From an uncultured Rhodospirillales bacterium (GTDB taxonomy: Bacteria > Pseudomonadota > Alphaproteobacteria > RF32 > CAG-239): a DNA stretch of 64,000 nucleotides. The stretch covers positions 21,498 to 85,497 of the forward strand of contig CACWLK010000003.1 in assembly GCA_902761715.1 (NCBI GenBank). The letters are read 5' to 3'. The translations under genes were made by a program, and so were the position numbers. Below the pieces are notes generated by a model. That model was not told where the DNA came from and searched no databases. It worked only from the letters and a program-made list of their open reading frames with translations. This document shows, piece by piece, positions 53,053 through 59,969 of this stretch (the stretch's first letter is position 1; each line of letters begins with the position of its first letter).

Positions 53053-53592
53053 CTATTTCTTGCCTTGCTCTTCATTAGCACGTTCTTTTGCTTCCTTAAA
53101 TTCGGCCTCTACCTTCGCTTTAGCCTCGGCATCCTGCTGCAGAAGTTTTTCCATCAACTGCTCCATACCCATTCCGGCACCTACGGTCGGATCGTCCGCT
53201 TTATCCGGAACCTCCAACACTTTTTTCATTTTCTCTACTTCACGGGCATCGCTTTTAATCATATCCGGAGTAGAATTTCTGCGCAGCTCTTCTTTGTATT
53301 CATCAAGAGTTTTTCTAAAACCGTTCATGCCGCCGGCGACCTTCTTTTCGACATAAGGATACAAGTCTTTATGCCGTATAATATAATCTCCGGTCTCGCT
53401 GATTTCTTCTAACACATCAAGAATATAGCCATAGAACGGATAATCTTCCAATGCGATGTTACCCTTACGCACACAGCGTGCCGCAATCCTTGATATGGTG
53501 CGGTCATAATAGTCTTTCAACAAAATATAATTGTCGACAAACCAAACATCGGCGATATCGTTTTTTTGTTCTTGATTGTTCTGCTGTGCCAT
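53053..53592 (-). CDS. Cytoplasmic 179-aa protein with E/K-rich C-terminus, unknown
   Basis: Uninterrupted ORF with no signal peptide or TM. Its stop lies 7 nt before the start of the next gene. Confidence 0.45.
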   Translation of the reverse strand: MAQQNNQEQKNDIADVWFVDNYILLKDYYDRTISRIAARCVRKGNIALEDYPFYGYILDVLEEISETGDYIIRHKDLYPYVEKKVAGGMNGFRKTLDEYKEELRRNSTPDMIKSDAREVEKMKKVLEVPDKADDPTVGAGMGMEQLMEKLLQQDAEAKAKVEAEFKEAKERANEEQGKK

Positions 53593-53657
53593 CTTGCGCT
53601 CCTTACATTTACAATACTAAATTAGGTAACAATGATTGTAAATTACTTACTGGTATT

Positions 53658-55745
53658 TTATCCCACGGTATTAGCGAGTTCTAAATATGGGTCAGGTCTC
53701 GATTCGTCTTCCAATCCTATCAGAACAAGCTCAAAATCGTCGGAAACAACAATGTCCGAGGTGCCGTCAAATACGTTGGACGATGGGATAGTCTGCGCTT
53801 CACTGTCATCACTGCCCTCCGGAACTTCTTCATAGTCCCATTCCCAGTCTTGTCCTTCTTCGCCCTGTACATCATCTGCAGATGCTGACTGATCAGTGGA
53901 AACTTCCTCATAGTCCCACTCCCAATCTTGTCCCTCCGTTCCTGAAACTTCTTCTGTCCCTTGTGATGCTTCATCTTCCGGCTGATATTCCCAGGCCCAT
54001 TCTTCACCTTCGCCGGAACTATCTTTTACTGTATTATCCTCAGGCAAATTGCTCGTTGCCGGCTCCGGCGCACTTGTTTTTACGGGAGTCTCATTTGCGC
54101 CGAACCCCCAATCCGAAGAATTATCAATCGGCTTGTCTTCGATTACCGGCATTTGGGGCAGGGCAGATATTATGGTTTTCTTTTTCTTTGTGGTTACTAC
54201 CGGAGCAGAAGGTTGACTTACAGCCGTTTTTTCTGCTGTTTCTTCAGCCTTGGGCAGCCCGTTTTCATCACGATTTTTTTTCTTCTTTTTCTTTTTTTTC
54301 TTTGACGTAGAACTGTCATTGCCGTTTTCGGCAACAGGTTCGCTTTCGGTCTTTACCTCATAATCTTTTTCCGGTGCAATTACGGGTTCAGGTTCTAATG
54401 ACGGCGATACAGCCATGTTGATTTCCGGTTCTGCTTCCGCTTCTTCATAAGTTTGTTGCAAAAAAGGATAAGAGCTGTTTATTGAAATACCGCCTTGTCC
54501 TTGCATTTTTGACAAAGCTGTCAATATGGTTTGTGTAGATTGTTTTTGGCTCTCTTTTAATGCCGAAGCTATAATTGCCGAAAACTCCTGATTCTGGGTA
54601 CGTGCAATTTCGCGGAACAAATCAGCCTGCATTTTGATGATATCTTCCATTTTAGGCTGGTTTTCCGGGTTTATTGCTGCACTTCCTCTAAGTCCTTCAA
54701 TTGTCTTGATAATGGTCTGAGCTGAGTTTTGTTGGCTTTCTTTCAGGGTTGAGGCAATTATCGAAGAAAATTCTCTTCCTTGCGCTTTTAAAACTTCAGT
54801 TACATTATCAACCAAGAGCTGTTTTTTGGGCGATGAAGCAGCATAAGTAATCGGAGTAGGTCCGTCTTCCATTTGCTTAAAACTGTCAACCAGCGACTGA
54901 GTAGACATCTTTATGCTGTCTTTTATGGCCAAAGATATAATTTGGGATAACTCTTCTTTTTGTGCCTGTGTGGTTTCTTTCAAAAACTTTGACTGCGCTT
55001 TGACCAAATCATCAACCACATTTTTTATCTGAAAGGCTGATGCCGCCTCTGCCGGCGCATCACTGTTCGATATAATTTTCAGCTGGTTGTTTTGCTCAAC
55101 CATTTTATTCAGGTTTTCCTGCATTTCCAAAAATGATTGAGTTATAATTTTGTTGTCTTCTTGTCGTTTCTGTTCAGACGCGGCCAGTGCTTCGGCTAAC
55201 GCCGCCGAAATTGTTTGTGTGAAAGTGTCATCGGCAACCAGTTTTAGCTGTCCGTGGTCATCTTTATCCGAGCCTTTTTTAGACCGGTCATTTTGTAATT
55301 CACGAATTATTTGCGCATTTGACTGTGCCAAGCTGTTAGCTAAAATTTTGGCAAAATTGTCACCGTTGATAATTGGGGCGCCCGCAACCGGAGCCGGAGC
55401 TGGCATCGCACCGGTCGATGTGTTTTCCACCGGTGCCGGAACATCAATGCTCGGTGCCGGCGCTATATCGTCATCATCATCATCATCATCTGATTGTTTG
55501 CCATATTGCAACTCATCTATATATTCAAGCAAGACGGAACCGCCAGGCAGAGTTTTTAAGCACTTTTTCACAGATTTCGGTTGTTCCAAAATCATGCGAT
55601 TGAACTCATCTTTTCTTTCCTGGCTGAAAATATGCAACTGACGGAAAATGTTCAAAAAACGCTGAGCGATAATGATTGGCTCTTCTTCTTGATCGCTGTC
55701 TTTTTTTTGCCCGAAAGCTGCAGTACTTATAACATTGTCTGCCAA
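53658..55745 (-). CDS. Highly acidic 695-aa repeat protein (poly-D, poly-K, three ~33-aa helical repeats, three Trp-acidic repeats), unknown; effector/adaptor candidate
   Basis: No signal peptide. Contains DDDDDDDD, KKKKKKKKKK, the pair FSSIIASTLKESQQNSAQTII / FSAIIASALKESQKQSTQTIL, and EGQDWEWDYEEV x2 plus GEEWAWEYQPEDE. Confidence 0.6.
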   Translation of the reverse strand: MADNVISTAAFGQKKDSDQEEEPIIIAQRFLNIFRQLHIFSQERKDEFNRMILEQPKSVKKCLKTLPGGSVLLEYIDELQYGKQSDDDDDDDDIAPAPSIDVPAPVENTSTGAMPAPAPVAGAPIINGDNFAKILANSLAQSNAQIIRELQNDRSKKGSDKDDHGQLKLVADDTFTQTISAALAEALAASEQKRQEDNKIITQSFLEMQENLNKMVEQNNQLKIISNSDAPAEAASAFQIKNVVDDLVKAQSKFLKETTQAQKEELSQIISLAIKDSIKMSTQSLVDSFKQMEDGPTPITYAASSPKKQLLVDNVTEVLKAQGREFSSIIASTLKESQQNSAQTIIKTIEGLRGSAAINPENQPKMEDIIKMQADLFREIARTQNQEFSAIIASALKESQKQSTQTILTALSKMQGQGGISINSSYPFLQQTYEEAEAEPEINMAVSPSLEPEPVIAPEKDYEVKTESEPVAENGNDSSTSKKKKKKKKKNRDENGLPKAEETAEKTAVSQPSAPVVTTKKKKTIISALPQMPVIEDKPIDNSSDWGFGANETPVKTSAPEPATSNLPEDNTVKDSSGEGEEWAWEYQPEDEASQGTEEVSGTEGQDWEWDYEEVSTDQSASADDVQGEEGQDWEWDYEEVPEGSDDSEAQTIPSSNVFDGTSDIVVSDDFELVLIGLEDESRPDPYLELANTVG

Positions 55746-55794
55746 CGTTCTTACTCCTGTTTACCTATACTGAATATAGTTGATAAAGAGTAAA

Positions 55795-56766
55795 TTACAA
55801 ATATATAGCAACAACTTTGTGCAAGTTGCTCAAATCGTTATTATCAATTTCGATTTTTTCGTCCGGATTCCATCTGATGCCATACAATTTGCCGTTATCA
55901 TCTTCACGAATGCTGATGATTTTTACCTCATTCGGTTTAATGTAATAAACGGCAATATCGCCAACGCTGACAACTTCTTGCGGGTCAATCAGCAATATTG
56001 AACGAGCCGGCAACAAACTTCCCAAACGACGTGAGCACAAGTTTAGACCATAGGCATCTTTTTTGCCGAACAAAGAACTCGGGCGAGCCACGGTCTTAGT
56101 TTCATTTTCGGTATCAATCAGCACATTTCCGTCTTTTCCGGCAACACCGTACACTGGAACTTTCTGATTGTCTCTCGGAGCCGCCTCAAATGCCGAAATT
56201 GCACCGCGCGGATTCGAAAGAAGCTTATACTTTGAATCATTACGTTGAATGATTTCTTCAAGCATACCTTTTTCTTCAAGTTTTTTAATGCTTGATTTTA
56301 ACTCGTCAACCGACATTGACAATGCTTTTGCGATGTTTTTCATTTCTTTGTCGGAAACCTCACGTTGTCCCATTTCAATGCGGTGGTATACGGACAATGT
56401 CATATCGGCGCTTTCGGCGACTTCAATCAAAGTCAGATTCTTTTCATTACGGATTTGTCTTAATCCGGCACCTAAGGTCTTAAGACCGGCTTTTTCATTA
56501 ATTTTGTTTCTTCTTTCTTGTTCTCTACGCCAAGACAACACAACATCTTCTTGTGAGTTTTGCTCATTTACGAACAAATCCTGCATCGGGCAATCCAACA
56601 ATTCAGCCACGCGAACCAATTGTTCTTGATCAATTCTGCGATATCCTTTCTCTATTTTTGAAATAGCCGAAAGGCTGACACCCAAATGGTCTGCCAACTC
56701 CTGCATGGAGCGACCGCGTAATCTTCTGTACATTCTGATTTGATTTGGGAAAATAATTTCTTCCAT
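55795..56766 (-). CDS. XRE-family regulator with two HTH domains and a LexA/CI (S24)-like C-terminal domain
   Basis: HTH 1: IRMYRRLRGRSMQELADHLGVSLSAISKIEKG. HTH 2: LRQIRNEKNLTLIEVAESADMTLSVYHRIEMG. C-terminal beta domain: VPVYGVAG...VSVGDIAVYY...KVVAI. SD is GAGGTGG. Confidence 0.8.
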   Translation of the reverse strand: MEEIIFPNQIRMYRRLRGRSMQELADHLGVSLSAISKIEKGYRRIDQEQLVRVAELLDCPMQDLFVNEQNSQEDVVLSWRREQERRNKINEKAGLKTLGAGLRQIRNEKNLTLIEVAESADMTLSVYHRIEMGQREVSDKEMKNIAKALSMSVDELKSSIKKLEEKGMLEEIIQRNDSKYKLLSNPRGAISAFEAAPRDNQKVPVYGVAGKDGNVLIDTENETKTVARPSSLFGKKDAYGLNLCSRRLGSLLPARSILLIDPQEVVSVGDIAVYYIKPNEVKIISIREDDNGKLYGIRWNPDEKIEIDNNDLSNLHKVVAIYL

Positions 56767-56785
56767 AATGCCACCTCTGAAAATG

Positions 56786-56807
56786 TTATAAACAACTATG
56801 TTTATAA
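56786..56807. promoter_or_regulatory. Inverted repeat (9-4-9) overlapping the predicted -10 of the regulator gene: candidate auto-operator
   Basis: TTATAAACA-ACTA-TGTTTATAA, 20-41 nt upstream of the regulator ATG. Confidence 0.35.
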
Positions 56808-56831
56808 TAATCTAAGTTTGGCATTAATCAA
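56804..56831 (-). promoter_or_regulatory. Candidate sigma70 promoter of the XRE regulator gene
   Basis: Minus strand TTGATT - 16 nt - TATTAT. Confidence 0.3.
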
Positions 56832-56834
56832 GAA

Positions 56835-56866
56835 TTTTGCACAAAAGATGACAATATTGTGCAAAA
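56835..56866. promoter_or_regulatory. Second inverted repeat (9-14-9) just upstream of the -35
   Basis: TTTTGCACA-(14 nt)-TGTGCAAAA. Confidence 0.3.
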
Positions 56867-56894
56867 AACGACAGAAACTTTTTCGTATCTGCCG
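56863..56894 (-). terminator. Probable terminator after the virB6 paralogue block
   Basis: Minus strand CGGCAGA-(12-nt loop)-TCTGTCG (one G.U pair) followed by TTTTTT, 27 nt after the stop at 56921. Confidence 0.45.
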
Positions 56895-56920
56895 TTTTTT
56901 CGCTATTTTTGGCTCATTAA

Positions 56921-59900
56921 CTATTTGAACTCAGGTAGGGTATAAGCTTTATTTCCCTTGTCTCTTACTTGTTCCGCAAAGCGTTTCATATCTTCGCTGC
57001 TGAACATAATATCTTCTCGCTTAATGTTTGACGCTAAACTTCCGTCCATAAATACCGGACGAGCCGTTTGATCAGAGTATTCTTTTGCAATAGAATATTG
57101 GTGCCGTACCGTATCCCCGTTTATTGCCGTTTTACGCTGGACGATTCCGTCCGAAGCATAGGCAACTCCCTTTCGATTTTTGTCAACGGTAATCACGGTT
57201 GTCATTGCTCTATCGCCTTTGAAAGTAACATTAAAGCTGGTCATGGTTCCATCTTCATTTATCTGCTCTACTTCAATAAAGTTATTGCCCTGAGCATCAA
57301 CACCGTTTCTAACGTTTCGTGTCTGGAAACGACCATCAATCTTACCGCCTTGATACTGATTCATGCGGGCCTTAACCAACATGTCAACAACCATCAGCTG
57401 TTTCTCTTTTTCAGAAAGCAATGAGCTTTGGACAAACGCATTTATAGCCGCAGTATCTACTCTTCCTTTAGCATCAATCATATGCTGCATTGCCTTTGAA
57501 TATGTAAACGACGTTCCGACAACTTGTCCGTCGGCATTATAAATCATGGTTGAAGACCCGAAGTCATCGCTTCTCGTAACCGTTCTTGAGCCATCGCTGT
57601 TTACTCTTGTCTTGGTTTCCACAATATTTCCGGTTTCGTCTCTATTGTAGCTTCGGTAATTGTTGTGAGTCTTAACCTTTACTTTATTCAGACCTTTGCT
57701 GACCAGTTTACCGATTCCTGATTTTCCGGCTTTGTTTTCAAGTTTGTCAACCGCCGCATTCCAAGCCGTTCCTATTTTAGGTCTACTGCTTTCATACATT
57801 TGGTTACCTTCATCATCAAGCATCGCTGTTCCGTCAGCATTTGTTGCCGCTATTCCGTACGAGTTAAATGCAGCTCCTTTCAACCCCCGATATCCGTGCT
57901 TAAGTCCTTCATAGCCAATTCCTCCGGCATATTTTAAGCCTTTGACGGCAGTCTTGCCGATTGGTTTGGCAACTCTGTTTTTGAAAGCGGCATTGGCGGC
58001 AGCTCCGACCGGTGAGCCGATTGGCGTCATGCTGGAAGCAACTCCGCTTCCGCCCCAAATATTACCGGCAAAATCTTTGGCAAATTTTTGAATTTCGCTT
58101 AATGTCGCCCAACCGAGGAAGAGTACAAACATCATTTTCAGAGCAGGGACCATAAACCAGGTAATGGCACGAATACCTAATTTTACGTCCTCTGATAGTA
58201 TTTCGTCTTTATACTGTCCTGCGATGGTTGCCAAAATCATAATCACGAGCGACAAGAATATAAAGGTTAGTACTGCATGAACAAATGTTCCGAATACTTT
58301 GCTTAAATATTGCGAAGTTGCCTTAAATGCAAACGCTCCCAATGCAACCGGCAACAATGCGATTGAAATTGCCATCTTTAGCAAACTGTCAATCAGCAGG
58401 AACGGATACGACAATAACATCACAAAGGCAAAGATAAAGAAAGCAAAAGCTGTTACTAAATAAGCCATATTCGGGATAAATACCAAAATTGTATTTTCCC
58501 AAGCCAGACAGTGGCACATACGTCCCATTGCCAATATTTCAATTATCCGATCTTGTACGACCTTTATGGTGCACTGGATTCCATTACCCAATTCCGGTGA
58601 CAAACCGCCCACATCAGAACCGACTACACTCGGGATAGGACCGGCAGGAGCCACAGTATTAAGAGCTAAATCGACAGCTCCGCCGACCACCTTATCAATA
58701 ACACCCGCTCCCACATTTGCTTTTTGCATAGGCTCAATATTGCATTCGGCAGGGTTGCCGCCTCCGGCTAACCCACCACCGATTTGTGCAATTTTCAGCC
58801 CTGTTGAAAATACCGGATCAAGTGTCATTGACAGCATATCTTCTAACGGCCCCTGCAACAACAATACAATAATTAAAACCTTGAATGCCTGGTTTAGCAA
58901 TGTTTTGACCAATATTCTCGGTTCGCGTGTTTCAAAATGAGAAACAAAGCGCAAAATTATAAACGCCAACCAAAGTGCAAACCCGATAACCACCACTTTA
59001 ACCATTGCCGGAGCAAAAATATCGTATACCGATTTTGCCATTATGCTGGCAGTATTAAACAGGATTCTGAATGGAGTGCAGAATATACAACCGGCCTGCA
59101 TGTAGTTAGCCAAAATTTCCTCAAACTTACAAGGTCCGCTTTGCGGAATTTTGGTATCCTCGGCTGTTGTGGCTATTTCACCGCCACCGGAACCATCCTC
59201 TCCTTTGTATACATTATCCGTATTTTCAGGCGGAACATTTCCACCGGTAAAACAGTTCATGCGGTTTACCTGTTTATTTTGCTGACAACTGCAGGCATAG
59301 GCATCAAAGCCTTTATTCATCGGGTCAAGCAAGACTCCGCCTTCTCTGATTTCAATATGCATGTGACACGGATAACCGTTCAAGTTACCGGCTTCGCCGA
59401 TTTTTTGCCCTCTGGAATAAGAACCGGCAGGCTTAAACGCTTGGTTGTGGTAAAATGTATATTCAAATGTTTTGCCACACATTTGACATACAAAGTGCAT
59501 ACCATTCTTTTTGGCAACAGTAATTCTTCCGTCACATGGAGCATAAATCGGTGTTCCGCACGCCGCACTGTAATCATATCCTTGGTGATTTTTTGCCGAC
59601 TTTGGTGGAATAGGGCATCGTGCCGAACTCACATATCTTCCGCCTGACTTGTTATGTTCGCACCATTCATGACCGCGAGCACACATCTCAGAAGATACAC
59701 CATAAGCGGCCTTTCCACTCATTTGAAAAGGCGTGGTGTCCATACAAGAATTTGAGTTCATCTTCCTTAGGCAATCTCCTCCGCCTCTTTTTTGCGGATA
59801 GCTGCACTCCGGTAATTTACCCGAAATTTTTAAGTATGGAGAATCATAAGTAGCACTTTTTTGTGCCGCAGCATCTGTAGCAAAGCAGGCCAAAACTGAT

Positions 59901-59953
59901 AACACTACTGTCATCATGCCAAAGATTTTTATGTTTCTCATCATACTAGTCAT
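56921..59953 (-). CDS. virB6: M23 (LytM) metallopeptidase domain fused to a VirB6/TrbL-like polytopic domain and a ~350-aa hydrophilic C-terminal extension
   Basis: Signal peptide ...ATDAAAQ. M23 motifs HQGYD (HxxxD), GTPIYAPCDGRI and HMHIE (HxH). At least 6 TM helices. The paralogue motif GFALWLAFIILRFVSHF is shared with the two genes upstream. Confidence 0.7.
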   Translation of the reverse strand: MTSMMRNIKIFGMMTVVLSVLACFATDAAAQKSATYDSPYLKISGKLPECSYPQKRGGGDCLRKMNSNSCMDTTPFQMSGKAAYGVSSEMCARGHEWCEHNKSGGRYVSSARCPIPPKSAKNHQGYDYSAACGTPIYAPCDGRITVAKKNGMHFVCQMCGKTFEYTFYHNQAFKPAGSYSRGQKIGEAGNLNGYPCHMHIEIREGGVLLDPMNKGFDAYACSCQQNKQVNRMNCFTGGNVPPENTDNVYKGEDGSGGGEIATTAEDTKIPQSGPCKFEEILANYMQAGCIFCTPFRILFNTASIMAKSVYDIFAPAMVKVVVIGFALWLAFIILRFVSHFETREPRILVKTLLNQAFKVLIIVLLLQGPLEDMLSMTLDPVFSTGLKIAQIGGGLAGGGNPAECNIEPMQKANVGAGVIDKVVGGAVDLALNTVAPAGPIPSVVGSDVGGLSPELGNGIQCTIKVVQDRIIEILAMGRMCHCLAWENTILVFIPNMAYLVTAFAFFIFAFVMLLSYPFLLIDSLLKMAISIALLPVALGAFAFKATSQYLSKVFGTFVHAVLTFIFLSLVIMILATIAGQYKDEILSEDVKLGIRAITWFMVPALKMMFVLFLGWATLSEIQKFAKDFAGNIWGGSGVASSMTPIGSPVGAAANAAFKNRVAKPIGKTAVKGLKYAGGIGYEGLKHGYRGLKGAAFNSYGIAATNADGTAMLDDEGNQMYESSRPKIGTAWNAAVDKLENKAGKSGIGKLVSKGLNKVKVKTHNNYRSYNRDETGNIVETKTRVNSDGSRTVTRSDDFGSSTMIYNADGQVVGTSFTYSKAMQHMIDAKGRVDTAAINAFVQSSLLSEKEKQLMVVDMLVKARMNQYQGGKIDGRFQTRNVRNGVDAQGNNFIEVEQINEDGTMTSFNVTFKGDRAMTTVITVDKNRKGVAYASDGIVQRKTAINGDTVRHQYSIAKEYSDQTARPVFMDGSLASNIKREDIMFSSEDMKRFAEQVRDKGNKAYTLPEFK

Positions 59954-59969
59954 TGGTGTACCTCTTTTG

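Noticed and set aside
54270-54300. Homopolymeric A/T tracts (the K10-coding run here and the E/K run at 19240-19275) as phase-variation switches.
   Set aside because: The tracts are interrupted (8 nt or less of pure homopolymer) and encode in-frame Lys/Glu runs. There is no evidence of frameshifted copies in this single sequence, so the idea cannot be supported.
58937-59647. 236-aa plus-strand ORF antisense to the M23-VirB6 gene; similar antisense ORFs at 5919-6392 (rpsA), 11619-12134 (cbpA/DUF1349) and 33563-34024.
   Set aside because: They are fully nested opposite strongly supported CDSs, and their translations are Cys/Arg/His-rich nonsense without motifs.
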